64,000 nucleotides of DNA from Macrostomum lignano (taxonomy: Eukaryota): NCBI GenBank assembly GCA_002269645.1, contig NIVC01003966.1:1-64000 (forward strand), written 5' to 3'. Positions within the stretch are counted from its first letter, which is position 1. Each line of letters opens with the position of its first letter. The notes under the pieces were generated by a model, which ran no database searches, was not told the DNA's origin, and saw nothing but the letters and a program-made list of their open reading frames with translations. Both the position numbers and the translations under genes were made by a program. Positions 13,032-26,608 of the stretch are shown piece after piece.

Positions 13032-13409
13032 TAACTATTGTTCTACTCCGTGTGCTGCATAAAAAGCGTTTAGTTGCAGGCATTAAAACAGAATTAATTT
13101 TTGGCATTCTTGAATTGCTGGGCTGCTGAGAGGCTGATGCTGAAAAATAAAATAATTAAATATATGTGCATCATATGTGTAAGCCATTGTGCGTCTCCTG
13201 GGATAAATTACAAGCAAGTTTAGCACACTCTTCTGTGTTTTATTCATCAACTTGCTAAATGTTAAGGCTTCATTTTATGTTGCAGATTAAAAGTTATTAT
13301 GTGCTAATAGGAATATAAATAGAAATGATGCTTACTTGGCTTCTCACCTTTTTTTAAATGGCTCCTGTAATTTTTCTTTCTATATGTAAATATTCATAAT
13401 TGTCACCCA

Positions 13410-14085
13410 AGATCTTTAGCTGCTGGGCCAGCCTCCCAGATCCTTAGTTGCTGGGCCAGCCTCCCAGATCCTCAGTTGCTGGGCCAGCCTCCCAGATCCT
13501 TAGTTGCTGGGCCAGCCTTCCAGATCCTTAGTTTCTAGGCCAGCCTCCCAGATCCTTAGTTTCTGGGCCAGCCTCCCAGATCCTCAGTTTCTGGGCCAGC
13601 CTCCCAGATCCTCAGTTTCTGGGCCAGCCTCCCAGATCCTTAGTTTCTAGGCCAGCCTCCCAGATCCTTAGTTTCTGGGCCAGCCTCCCAGATCCTCAGT
13701 TTCTGGGCCAGCCTCCCAGATCCTCAGTTTCTGGGCCAGCCTCCCAGATCCTTAGTTGCTGGGCCAGCCTCCCAGATCCTTAGTTGTTGAGCCAGCCTCC
13801 CAGATCCTTAGTTGCTGGGCCAGCCTCCCAGATCCTTAGTTGCTGAGCCAGCCTCCTAAAGTGTCAGTTGCTGGGCCAGCCTCCTAAAGTGTCAGTTGCT
13901 GGGCTAGCCTCCTAAAGTGTCAGTTGCTGGGCTAGCCTCCTAAAGTGTCAGTTGCTGGGCCAGCCTCCTAAAGTGTCAGTTGCTGGGCCAGCCTCCTAAA
14001 GTGTCAGTTGCTGGGCTAGCCTCCTAAAGTGTCAGTTGCTGGGCCAGCCTCCTAAAGTGTCAGTTGCTGGGCCAGCCTCTGATCT
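13410..14085. repeat. 28-bp minisatellite (two sub-arrays)
   Basis: GGGCCAGCCTCCCAGATCCTTAGTTGCT switching at about 13855 to GGGCCAGCCTCCTAAAGTGTCAGTTGCT. Confidence 0.93.
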
Positions 14086-14645
14086 CAGTTCGAATCGAAC
14101 GAATAGATAATACGCACACAGGCACAGGTGACAGATCAAAGGCTGATTCACAGATCAAAGGGAGTCCCAGCTCGAACTCTCACTTGAATGTCTGCTAAAA
14201 GCAATCAGTGAAAGCCTTGCGAGCGAGCTAAAGAAGACAGACAGTGCAACCCTTTCAAAGGGTGAATTGCGCTAAAACTGACTGCAAAGCAGCAGCAAAA
14301 GCGTTGCTAATGGAGGAAGGCGGCTTAGTGAGGCTGTTCTTGAGCCATTCACGGCCTCAAAAAAGCTGTAAAAAGGCTTTGCCGTAAAGCCCGAAAGCAG
14401 GTGTCGCTTCGATCGGCATTGTCAGAGAAATCTCTGCAATTTACAATAGCGCCATGCATAAAAGCGTCATGCATCCGCTCCGCAACAATTCACCCAGAAA
14501 CTGTTGACTATTGTCTCTGAAAGCTGAAGACAAAAGCAACAAATTCAAAGCAGTTGTTGCTCACTAAACGCCTCAGCAGTCAGTCAATAGAAATCGGAAG
14601 ACTCAGTGTCAGCTCATGCCGCATTGAAAGCCGGTCGATGTGCTG

Positions 14646-14653
14646 TATAAATA
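14646..14653 (+). promoter_or_regulatory. Candidate TATA box of the fibrinogen-related gene
   Basis: TATAAATA about 150 bp upstream of ATG 14800. Motif only. Confidence 0.25.
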
Positions 14654-14799
14654 CATGTACAAAAATGCAACAGGAAGCCACGCTCTGAAAAACCTTGAGT
14701 TGAGTAATCATACTCATACAGTCCGGTGACTGGCAAGTCCGTTTTTTCAGAAAGATAGCTTACGGGAATTATTCGAAAAACTCTCTGCGATCCGAGAAG

Positions 14800-15752
14800 A
14801 TGATGGTTCCGTCTGCAGGACTTCTGCTGTGCGTGGCTGCCTGCTGTTTTCTGCCACTGCTGACCGTCTCTGCCGGGTGCCGATCGAAGTGGAAGCATCT
14901 CCGAGGCGACATCACCGAGTACAAGCTGATCACTGTGCTCAAGGTTCCAAAGATTACCGACTGTCTGATGAAATCGTCAGCGGCCGAGGCTCACGCGGCC
15001 TCCTTCGACGCTGAGTCGGGCGACTGCGCCCTGATGCAGTGCGCCCGGGGCGGCAGGGACGCCTGCAGGAAGTGTCGACACGAGAAGGACGCGAGTCTGC
15101 CGATGCTCTGGGTAGGTGATGCTTTTTCCATTTAGCATGATAACTGATATAGTTACTGAGCCAAACAGTGGATTTTAATCGACGTTTCTGGTTTGTACTT
15201 CAGATCAAGGATCCACCGAAGACTTGCTGGAAGACGTTCCAGCACAGAGTCGACGGTTCCGTCAGCTTCAACCGGAACTGGTCGGAGTACGCGAGCGGAT
15301 TCGGTCAGGACGAGAGTCTCAACTACTGGATGGGACTGGAGCAGCTCCACCAGCTCACCGCCACTGGAGTGTGGAGAGTCCGGTGGGAGTTCAGCGACTG
15401 GAATGACAACTGGTACTGGGCTGAGAATGCTCCGTTTTCTGTAGGGCCAGCGGCTGACAAATACAGGTGCTCGATGGGACCGCTGGACGCGAAGAGGTCA
15501 AGTGTGGGTCAGTTGACCACCGCAGCCTATTCCCCGAATGGCAAAACGTTCACCACTGACGGCCTCTGCGCTGAAGAAAGGTCAGCTGGTTGGTGGTTCG
15601 GGTACTGCGCCTTCATGAACCCCAACGGTATCTACCGGGTTCCTCCTGAGGCCTATAGCGCGAGTTTCGCGCTGAGCTACATTTTAAACGGAGGTGTTTT
15701 GTCCGGTTCGTATTCCCTGAAGACATTCGAGTGTCTCATTTATAACGAATAA
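14800..15752 (+). CDS. Secreted fibrinogen-related protein (signal peptide, Cys-containing PAN/apple-like N-domain, truncated FReD), 286 aa
   Basis: Exons 14800-15111 and 15204-15752 (92-bp phase-0 GT-AG intron). Signal peptide MMVPSAGLLLCVAACCFLPLLTVSA. FReD motifs FQHRVDGSVSFNRNWSEYASGFG, YWMGLEQLHQLT, GWWFGYCAFMNPNG. Stop codon lies within an AATAAA (15748-53). Confidence 0.88.
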
Positions 15753-16414
15753 AACTTTTGACTCAAACGATTTCATTGATCTGAAATCGAAACGGTACAA
15801 AACCGAGAGTCTACAACGCGATATACAGTTATATAACATGGCGTTTTTTTCACGAGGTCCACAACGTCATGACTGGCATGAGGTCATGAGGCCCACACTT
15901 TGTGCCTGTGTGGCTGGCCTTCATGTGTGAAAATTAAAATATACACATGTAGTTGTGTCTGCCTCGGTTGCCTTGCTAACAGCAAATGTTTGAAATTTGA
16001 AAAAGACGTGTTTGTTTTAAAAAACATTGCGCACTATGCACAAGTACTCAATTTATTTGTGCAAGCTTTGCATTGCTCTCAGAAAGCAAGTCAATTTGAG
16101 TGGCTAAATGGGCCTCTCATCGCGCTCTCGAACGTGTGGCTCTTCATTTTAGAAAAAAAGCAAATAATTCATGCATAAATTTTCTTCAGCATTGTTTAAA
16201 TATTTCAGAGGAGAGCATCTTCGCTCTGCATCATCTTATCTACGGTACTGCTATGTAAGATTTTTTTAAACAAAACTTAGACGTCAACTAACAACATAAG
16301 CTTAGTTTGATACATAGAAGCTTGACAATAAATTGTCTGGAAACATTGCGATAGTTACAGAACACAATATACTTCCGATTTATAGGTATAGATTAAAAAC
16401 CAAAAGCAAAAACA

Positions 16415-16895
16415 CAATCAATACCCTCAGCAGATTGACAATCATTCCCCTCAGCAGATTGACAATAATTCACCTCAGCAGATTGACAACCATTCCCCTC
16501 AGCAGGTTGACAACCATTCCACTAAGCAGATTGACAATCATTCCCCTCAGCAGATTGACAATCATTCCCCTCAGCAGATTGACAATCATTCCCCTCAGCA
16601 GATTGACAATCATTCCCCTCAGCAGATTGACAATCATTCCCCTAAACATATTGACAATCATTTCTATCAGCAGACTGACAATCATTTCCCCTCAGCATAT
16701 TGACAATCATTCCCCCAGCATATTGACAATCATTCCCCTCAGCATATTGACAATCATTCCCCTCAGCATATTGACAATCATTCCCCCAGCATATTGACAA
16801 TCATTCCCCTCAGCATATTGACAATCATTCCCTTCAGCATATTGACAATCATTCCCTTCAGCATATTGACAATCATTCCCCTCAGCAGATTGACA
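16415..16895. repeat. 24-bp minisatellite
   Basis: Tandem ATTGACAATCATTCCCCTCAGCAG. Confidence 0.93.
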
Positions 16896-17284
16896 ATTAT
16901 TCCCACAATAATTCCTTCAGCAATCGCAAAAAGCATCAGACAGTTGTGTTATCAGTGGCAGCGGCTGCTCAAACAGTTTATTTGTTCCGGATCAGTTCTG
17001 TCAATGTCCTTTTTTGAATGTCCCATTTTTGTCCCAATCAGACAGTTTATCATACTTTATACTTTAAGTTTATACTTTAAGAAAACAATTTGATTTAATC
17101 TAATACTTAACATGTTAGTCTTATGCAGTTCATTGGCGCGCGTATAGTTAATTAATACTTGAGCACAATCAGAAACGTACAAAATGCAACGATTCTACTC
17201 CTGGAGAAAGGAAATTAAAAATTTAGTTAGCAACTATTGCGAATGGGTAACTTTTAATAAAACATTACATATGCTTTCTCTAGG

Positions 17285-17720
17285 AGTCTGCCTCTCCGCA
17301 GTCCTTGAGAATCTGTCACTCCACCCCTCTCTCCTTGAGAGTCTGCCTCTCCGCTCCCTCAGAATTTGACAATCTGCCTCCCCGCTCCCTCAGCATTTGA
17401 GAGTCTGCCTCTCCGCTCCCTCAGCATTTGAGAGTCTGCCTCTCCGCTCCCTCAGCATTTGAGAGTCTGCCTCTCCGCTCCCTCAGAATTTGAGAGTCTG
17501 CCTCCCCGCTCCCTCAGAATTTGAGAATCTGCCTCTCCGCTCCCTCAGAATTTGAGAATCTGCCTCTCCGCTCCCTCAGCATTTGAGAGTCTGCCTCTCC
17601 GCTCCCTCAGCATTTGAGAGTCTGCCTCTCCGCTCCCTCAGCATTTGAGAATCTGCCTCTCCGCTCCCTCAGCATTTGAGAGTCTGCCTCTCCGCTCCCT
17701 CAGCATTTGAGAATCTGCAG
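17285..17720. repeat. 31-bp minisatellite immediately 3' of the SLC25 stop codon
   Basis: Tandem GAGAGTCTGCCTCTCCGCTCCCTCAGCATTT. Confidence 0.93.
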
Positions 17721-17727
17721 TTTGCAG

Positions 17728-19073
17728 TCAGAACTGCTGTTGCTCTTCCCGCAGCAGCGACAACGTCCGACTCCAGACAAAGAAAGTGACGGCGTTGACC
17801 GGGAAACTCCTCACCGCCACGATCAGGCCGCCCCGGTACAGTCCCGCAGTGCCCTGCTCGGCCAGAATCCGCTTAGCAACAGACAAACCGCTGCGGCGCA
17901 TCGATCCGGTCCCAGCCTCGGCTTGCAGGTTGGACTTCACAGTGTCTATGGGCAGAACTGACAGCCAGCTCACCAAGCCCGCGATGCCCCCGCCCAGCAG
18001 AGTGCCGGCCGTCTCCCCAGTCACGTGACCGATCCGCTCCGACAGCCAATCGTAGAGCAGCATGTACAGTCCGTAGGAGGGCACGTCGCGAGCGAAAGTT
18101 AACGCGAAACCGCGGGTGAGTCCCGCTGGGCCTTCTCGTTTAATAATAGCCATTGCGCAAGAGGCTGGGCCTCTATGGAATGCGTCCGCTGCATCTGCAG
18201 TGCAAGGGTTAATGCTGAGGCAATTCTTCCCATTCCGTCGACTCCTGAGCGCACGCAAGCCCTAAATGAATGTTGGCCTGGGAATCGAACCAGGGGTCGT
18301 GATGCAAGACTCAGTAAGTTCTGGGTCACTCACTGCTCACTCTGCTCAGCTGCGCTTGCATCGCAGTTTTAATCAGGTCCAAAGGCGCCGTCAAAGGCAG
18401 CTGGGCCATTCCGCCAGCCATGCCAGCCAGGGCCACGTTGCCATAGCGACTGTCGGGCCGCAGACTGCTCAGCAGAGCCAGTGTTTGGCCATAGACACCA
18501 AAGAAAACAGCGTTCACCGCCGTGAATGACGCCATAGGCACTGACATGCCACGGAAAAGGCCTGAAAAAGGAGGGCGATCATGAATAAGGAATGTAGAAT
18601 TTTTAAATTCATGAACCGATTTGCCTCTTCATTACCTTGCCAAACTCCTCTGCTAAGCATGGCCTTAGCCGCCACAGAAGTATTCCCAGCGTTGGTCACC
18701 TGCAGTTGCACCTTCATCACCTCCATAGGGTGGCCAATCAATAATCCGCTGGCACCTGAAGATTTGCAATTTGATAAGATGCGTTTGGACTGATAACTTT
18801 GGAACTGTGTCGTTGAAGGAACAGGGAGCTGTCTGTAACAGCTGTCAGATCAGAATCTTCAGGAACAGGGAGCTGTCTGTAACAGCTGTCAGATCAGAAT
18901 CTTCAGGAACAGGGAGCTGTCTGTAACAGCTGTGAGATCAGAATCTTCAGGAACAGGGAGCTGTCTGTAACAGCTGTGAGATCAGAATCTTCAGGAACAG
19001 GGAGCTGTCTGCAATAGGTGTAAGCTCACAGTCCATATTTACCGCCAATTGCACCAGCGACAAAGTCCTCCAT
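17728..19073 (-). CDS. SLC25A45: Mitochondrial carrier, SLC25A45-like (SLC25A29/45/47/48 group), 301 aa
   Basis: Exons (minus) 19073-19043, 18755-18636, 18561-18341, 18261-17728 (906 nt, phases consistent). MEDFVAGAIGGASGLLIGHPMEVMKVQLQ; GLFRGMSVPMASFTAVNAVFFGVY; three PX[D/E]XXK signatures (PMEVMK, PLDLIK, PIDTVK). Exact orthology within the subgroup is unverified. Confidence 0.9.
18818..19010. repeat. 44-bp tandem repeat in SLC25 intron 1
   Basis: About 4 copies of GAACAGGGAGCTGTCTGTAACAGCTGTCAGATCAGAATCTTCAG. Confidence 0.9.
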
Positions 19074-20437
19074 TCTGTTGACAGCAGGTATTGTAAATTT
19101 TCTACCAAATAAAACAGATGGACCCGTCTTTAGCAGAGGTTTGATAGACCTGAAGGGCAAAAATTGTGGGCAGAGAAGCGCTATTCTAAAAGCTTGAAAA
19201 ATGCTGTCTTGCTATATAGAGAAGCACTGTGCATGCATGAAAATCTGGTAGGGCAACTGTACATGTACCTGGTACCTGAACTCTGTACCTGGCTCATGAT
19301 GTCTCGCAGTCATACCACCCCCTCTCTCTTTCTCTCTCTTTCTCTCCCCTCATTAATGCCCCTTTCAACCTTCACCGCACCCTCCCCCTTTAGAGTGGTT
19401 AAAGTGTATTATAGCTAAAGTGCATGGGTATTAATCAAGTAATTATCCAACTGCCGTTTGTATAGTTTACTGCATGCGTGCCACACAGTTTTCTAAACAG
19501 ATGAAAGTTCAGAATCTTTAGCGAAAATGTTGTTCAATTTGTGTTCAGAGACTCCTGCAGCTTACATGTAAATGTCTAGGTCATCATTTGTTCTGAGGGT
19601 GAAAGATCGCACATGCATCCACACACGTTTCAATTTTAGGGTTAGAGGACACTAACGTGGCATATAGTTACCGTACACGATGTCAGAGTATTTAAGACCA
19701 TTAACCTATCTCCTTCGAAGGGAGGCACCCATGTCTCTTGGTGGGTGCCCCTATCCCGGTGATCGGTAGATATCACGTCCAAGAGGTGGGAAAAGTTGAG
19801 CTCCTGTCATTCGTCTCAGTCGAGGAGAAAAATCTTTGTGAGGTTGTTGGGGAGCCGGGCATTTACATGTATCATACGGTAAATGTATGTCCATAACAGG
19901 GTCTCTAGATTTGCATGTGCAGTGTACATGTCGCATCATCTACAACTACTGTACAAGCTGGTGGCATCGCATGATCTCTAGAAGAAGTATTAAGTTTGCG
20001 AGGCATATCATCATGTTACGAGTATATAGGCGCTGTGTAATTGAAATAATAGCAATGTACCATAAATTGATACCAGAAATAAAATTGTAAATTTAAAAAA
20101 TGGCTCACCAATTACGTGTGTACGCGTAATTCTTTAGCTGATACCGCTCGAAAAAATAAAATTTTAAGGGCTGCGGCGGATATTGACAAATCTACAATTA
20201 CTACGATGGGTACTGTACAGTAGAAGTATGCCGGGCATGTTGCTGCTTGCAGTGCGATCGCAGAGTGCATTACATGTAAATTATACATGGTACACGCGCA
20301 TGTCTCGATCAGCTACTCTCAGAAGTAAAATACACACAGTTAATAGCTAGAGACTCATCATCAGCATTCATGAGCATAGCAACTCGATATATAATGTCTT
20401 TCGGCCATAGATAACTTATATTACATATGCACATCTG

Positions 20438-23400
20438 GGACCAATTTCACGAAGCTGCACTGCTAACTTATAGCAGCAGCTAACCGACAGTTGGGAAGTT
20501 TTAGTTTCATGTCTGAGCTGCTAACTAGCAGCATGGTATAGGTACATAGCTGTAGTGTTGCGCCATAGATAATGCGGCAGGAATTAAACATGGGCTCTCT
20601 CAAGGCGAGAAGGCTTAAAATATGGATTATGAAGCGGATTTTTGTGACTTTGAATTAAAATGGAATCCATCGAACACAAGAAACTTTCTGTACAGGAAGG
20701 GATGATGGCGGCGGAGCCAGAGGCGGCCAGAACAGGTGGGGATTTATAGCCAGTCCAGACAGGGAAATATGCTGTCGCCGAGAATGAATAATCCTGGAAA
20801 AGGTATCCACTGTTCCGTCTGGATTCTTGTAAAAGACGTCGGCCATTTCGCAGAATTCTAGCGTCGCTGACGCTGCCCGATTCTCGTGTAGCGATGGCTG
20901 CTTTATGGGAATAAAAGATGTCCTTTATGTCCCGTCGACCAATACACCTTAATGGACGGTCGGAGTCCCAGTAAAAAAGGGTAGTCGGAATTCGATTGGA
21001 ATCTGATCGGAATTTAATCGGCAGTCGGAATTTGCCGGAAAAGGTTTAAACCACAATATTTTGTTTTATATAACACGTTACTATGATAATAAGCATAAAA
21101 AATACAATAAAATGTTTTTCGAGCTATATTTGCGCAATCGGAAAATAGTCGGAAACCATCTCTTCTTCTTCCGATCGGAATTTGTACTCATTTTTCTTCC
21201 TACTTTCCGATACAGCCATATTCATAACGCATGTGCTGTACTAAACGTGTTTTCTTGCTTTTATGTATTGCCAGAATGTGCAGAATATACCTTTATGATA
21301 CAAAAAATTACTACAATAATTCAGTTTTTGTTTTGATGCCACAAAAAAATGCTGGCCATCCAATTTATATCGAAAGTATTTAAAAAGCGATTTATTTTTT
21401 ACCTTCCTCTCTATATAACCTTTTCGTTATATTTTTGCTTATAGCGTCTTTCCACTGGCACTAGCACTGGCACTGGCAAAAATATTACTAAATTAAAATT
21501 AAAAACCTTGTTATTAAAAACCTACTTAATGCCTAACCACTATCTTATTAATTATTGCTAATTGCAATACTCCTAGGCCTACTCCTATTGCAATTCCTAC
21601 TTTACTAGGGTCTAGGCCTAGCCTATTTTGCTACACATTTTTCTCAAGATTGTCTTTAAAGCAGTATTTTCATTTAACTACAACTACAACTTATACCTTG
21701 TTTTTCTTATATATGAAATTAATACTACCTAGTTTTAGGCTTTTAGTCATTGAATCTAAAAATATAAGGCCTTGGCCAGGCCCTAGTTAAACTTACTTTA
21801 GACATTTAGTGTGTCTTATTAGGTTTACTCAATATACCTAACAATCAATAGACATTTGTTTAGGCTAAGGCATTTAAGCAAAGTAATTGAATAATGTCTA
21901 TAGTTTACAATTGTATATTATAATTTGCTTTTAGATAAGACTTTCTTTTTAGTATTATAATGAAGAATTATTAACTTATTATTTATAGACTAGGCCTAGT
22001 AAGTAAATAATATAGGCCACATGTCAATAGCTATTTACACTTGCTTATAAAACATTTCTATGCTTAGAACTCTAGAACTCTAATTAAACTAAGACTCTAG
22101 ACCCTGGAATGTTACATGTATGTCAGAAAATTTGGATATGCAAATGTCAACTGATTCATTTTAAAGTTGGCATACAAATTTTGGTGTATAATTTATACAT
22201 TTTTTGGCATACAAATTTTGGTATACAAATTCACATCCATTTTTGGCCTACAACTTTTGGTGAATAAATTTATGTTGAGCATGAAAATTTCAATGTAAAT
22301 TAATGTTTTTATGTAAAATAAAGAAATATTTGTATACTCAAGAAATTAATAATAAACTTTCTACTTCTTTATAATTAAAAATGATTTAGAGTAGTAAAAT
22401 TATTATTAAAATGTAAATGTTGCATCATTATTTTTATAGGTACAATCAAGTTTGTCTAAAATGAAAATATGTATAATATTTTAAAGAATACTTTTCATAC
22501 AAAAACCTTTCTTAGGAAACTCAACTTGTGAAAACCAAATGACCTTTTTAGGAGGCTTTTTTAGTTTACATTTTAATGATTTTTTTGTTTTTGGCATACA
22601 CTGGCATACATTTAGCTAAGATAAGATTCTTGTTCTAGCATACACTATTACACAATCCGGACCCTAGCTAAGACTTAGAATAATTTGGTCTTTTAATTTT
22701 GCCTTTAGAAATATTAAGATTTAGTATATTTAGATAAATAAAGTACTATATATCTCAATGTCAAATGAAAGTTCAAATAGACAACAGGTCAATAAGATAA
22801 AAAATACTCAGGACATTATATCCTTAGAATACATTATTTATAATAGTAAATATGATTGTACATTTTGATTATGCTAGTATTAATTTTTTATTGTTTATAT
22901 TATTTCTCTTAGTTATCATAGAGCACTTTTAGACTAAGACTAGGCCCCTAGTTCTAGCTTTACTAAGCATGCTATAGCTTGTATTATTATCTTATCAATG
23001 GCTTCTGCTTCTATTTCAGACACTGCTGGTCTAGATGTGGTGCATTAGTGCAAAGGTGCCACAGTCTGTTTGCTACATAATGGATGGGATCTCTAGGTTC
23101 AGTTCAAGACTGGGGAAAAGGATCCTGGAAGAGCTGACTAGGCCTAGCTAACAAGGATCAAAGATCAAATGTCTTTGAATATGTACAAGCATACTTTGGC
23201 GAGATCTTCAAGGGTATGTGTTCTTTGTGTTTTTATTCTTATAGTATATATTCCAATTGCTTTTATACCAGTTTTAAAGATTGCAAATGTTAAGTTTTTT
23301 CTTGCCTTGCCTGAAGACAACTATTCTCCTTATTTTTTATTTCCAAATCTTTCTAATGACAGTGAAGGTGCCCAACTGGTCTGCTGATCATGCCATTAAC

Positions 23401-24674
23401 TCTCTAAATTACTCAATGCAGGACCCTATCCTCCGAGTTCTCTGGATTGCATCAAAGGCCATTTAGAGCTTCTGCGATGGCGTCTGAAAGTGCAAGAGCT
23501 CCAGACCAACATTTGTGGAGTGTCAGTGGGGAAGCAATTGCGACAATGAAGCGCCTCTGCCGCCACCTGTGATGACAAACCATGTGCTGACTCTGGCTGT
23601 AAGTTCGCTGACTGATAATGCAGCCGTTTGGTTCACAACATTTATCTAGCTAGCTAGCTTTTTGCATTCATGTGTTGTTCATCAATCATATTATTGTATT
23701 ATTCTGCATTTGTTTTCTGTATTTTATTATTTGTTTTCGGCACTCATTTTCTGCATATATTGCATTATTATTATGCTCTTTCTTGATGTTTCCTTGCATC
23801 CACGTGTAATACAGTTACTCTCTTGACGTGTTGTGCAGAAATTGCTTACTGTAATCTTTATAATTGCATAATATACAATGCATTGAGTAAATTAAATAGC
23901 CAATCATTATTGTGCTTCACTCTTCAAGCAGAATAATATTTTAAATAATGTATTATTTTGCTAAGCACTTTGAAAACCGATTTGTTTATTTTTTACGCAA
24001 GCTAGCCGATGCAAAAGCAAATTCTGAAGAATACAACCTAATCGTAATTTAGTCGGATATTAGCGTCACATTCCGATCGGAAAACTCCGACTAGAAAACG
24101 ACCGGATTGCACGAGCCACTTTGCTGACAAATTCCGACCGGACATTCCGATCGGATTCCGACTACCCTTTTTTACTGGGGTCCGGCGACGTCTTAAAACT
24201 TCTTCAGATTCATTCGGAAGCGCTGCCGCTTGAAGTCATCACACAGGCGTCGAAATTCACGCAATCTTTGAACTCTTTCGGTAGACGATTACCGACCGGG
24301 ATATCAGCTAATTAATTGAAGCGCGTGGAATAGTGGAATCTCGATTCTTAATTACAGTAATTAGCCGCCTCTCAATTATGCAAAAATTTTTAGCAGCTAA
24401 CATGTATAACGTTGTGTTCGTCAGCAGAGAACTGCTACAGGACATGCATACGCTCATGAAACCGCGCGAATTAGAAGTCTGCTAAAAAACAATAGCCTTT
24501 TGAGTCTTGACCACCTAAATCGCTCAAAGTTCTCATCCCATACTGATGAAGCTCGAGAAGCCAAAAGTTAGCAGACTGCATTGTAAAAATTAGAGTGCGA
24601 CTGTTAAACTCAAGAAACCAAAAGCCGACTAGCAGCTGCTAATAGCAGTTAGTAGTGTCTCGTGAAATTGGTAC
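20438..24674 (-). mobile_element. Decayed PIF/Harbinger DNA transposon interrupted by a nested element
   Basis: Imperfect TIRs G(G/T)ACCAATTTCACGA..CTAAC and 3-bp CTG TSD (20435-37, 24675-77). Minus-strand frameshifted transposase relics: FKRQRFRM (~24211-40), RCIG..VDGT (20928-50), GSVSDARILRN (20851-78), FILGDSIFPCLDWL (~20750-90). Confidence 0.8.
20967..24179. mobile_element. Non-autonomous CACTA/EnSpm(CMC)-like TIR element, 3.2 kb
   Basis: TIR CCCAGTAAAAAAGGGTAGTCGGAAT (25 bp perfect, about 36 bp with 2 mismatches), 2-bp TSD GT (20965-66, 24180-81) and many subterminal TCGGAA/TTCCGA motifs at both ends. AT-rich interior with no intact transposase. Superfamily inferred from termini and TSD. 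Confidence 0.8.
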
Positions 24675-26352
24675 CTGATTCCCACATCATCGAAGTCCCG
24701 GGAAATGGGGCACATTTTAACTGAACTGCTGACGTGTACATCATCATTCGGCCGGAAGTTTGCACGTGCTTGTGACCAATGTATTAGGATTCGCCTACGT
24801 GCATTTTATTTTTTTAGCTATAAATAAGCATTAATACGAGTATTGGATAATGTTTACATTTATTCTGTCTGGTTTAGCTTCAATAATACATGCACTCATT
24901 GAAATACGACCAGTAGTGATCGACATCTCCAAGCTTTGCATGTCTCAGTCTCGCCATACTCGATTATCAATCTTTTTTTAACTTCACGAACTTGAATTTG
25001 AAAATCATAAACTGAATATATCAGAAGAGTACAGTACAGATTGGTAATAGTACGAGCGTAGTATGGTGTAATTGTCCTTGGCTTTTTAAAACACACGGTA
25101 GTAAGTTAAAAAAACAAAATGATTTTTCTTCTTTTAAAAATGTAATTAGAAATTTAGCTAAAATTCATTTTCTTACAAACAAAGCTTTTATAAGCTATAC
25201 AAGGCTGACAATATGTAACTGACTGTATAAGCAACTTACCGTTTTGGCGCCATTTTGCTGCGTGTGTTAAAGAAATATCTTGTCGGTTTGAACGGTTTCC
25301 ATTAAATAAAAACGCAACTGAGTAAATAAAGAAGAATGGCAGTGTCGGTATTAGCCTTACTCTATACAAGGCCCAATCATATCATTGGGAAATATAAATT
25401 ATATTTTATTCAACAAACATCAACAGTTGGAAAACCTGCCAATAAACATTTGCCATTGAACATTGTGTAATTAACGATAGTAAAGTACACAATGTTCTGA
25501 CATTACATGCCGATGACATGGCGCCATGGCATACACAACATGGAATAATGATGTCATAAAAATTGCTTTACTTGAAGCAGATAGCCTTGCCTTTAAGTCC
25601 TAATGTGCATGCCACAGAAAGTACAAGTCAATGACATTGACATTGACATGCTATTTGTCCTGTGCTTAGACATTTAGCTTTTAAAGGTGATAGATGTAGT
25701 TCATAGTGAAGATCATGCTAAATAGATGCTTTAAAGTTGTCACTATAATTAAATAAATTTAAATAATTAAATAAATAATAGTAAATTATAATAAGGCTTT
25801 AAGTGTTTCATTAAAAACATACAATTTTATGTAACAAATTTAGGCTCCCTATATAAAACTTTTTTGCTTTGCTATTGTTTAGTATTGCACTGTTAATAGT
25901 AGGAATTAAATGACAACTTTCTTTACCAACTTAAAGTTATGTCAGGAACTCACAGTAGTATATAGATCCATTATATAACATGTATTGCCAATGTCATTGA
26001 GTAATAAAATCAGATGTCATTATATATTTTAAGGCACATTGTCACTGGTCCTTGTTGTTAGTTGTTTTAAAAAAATATAACATGTGCAATTTTGTTAACT
26101 AAGCCAAATCCAAGACAATAATTAAGGCTAATTTATCATTACTAATCAAAAATTTCAAACTATATAAGTTTTATAGAGTTAATAATCTAGATAGCCTAAT
26201 ATCTGTATATTCAGTGGTTCATGAAGTATAGTTTGGCAATTGGCCTGTTGCTATACAAAACTCAAGTGTATAGTATTGTATAGGCCTAGGCGGGAAAATC
26301 AAAATCCTATAGTAAAATAAAATTAGTTGAACTCAATCTTAAAGCATGTATT

Positions 26353-26608
26353 TCTCAGCTTGTGAAGTGTCTTTGTGTGTGTCTGAGGTGTCTTTTTAAA
26401 GTAGAGACATGCGTAAAACAGCTGTGCAAATGTCATGCAGAAAGACCAAAGTGGGACGATGTAGCGGCTTCTCAAAAAACTACTACATACAATATTCGGT
26501 ATATTGGAAAATGTTGTAACAACAGTTGCTATGGAATATCAATCTCAGCTTGTGAGGCATCTTTGTGGATGTCTGAGGTGTCTTTTTAAAGCAGAGACAT
26601 GTGTAAAA
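26353..26608. repeat. Pair of ~66-bp direct repeats
   Basis: TCTCAGCTTGTGA..GTCTGAGGTGTCTTTTTAAAG(T/C)AGAGACATG at 26353-26418 and 26543-26608. Confidence 0.8.
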
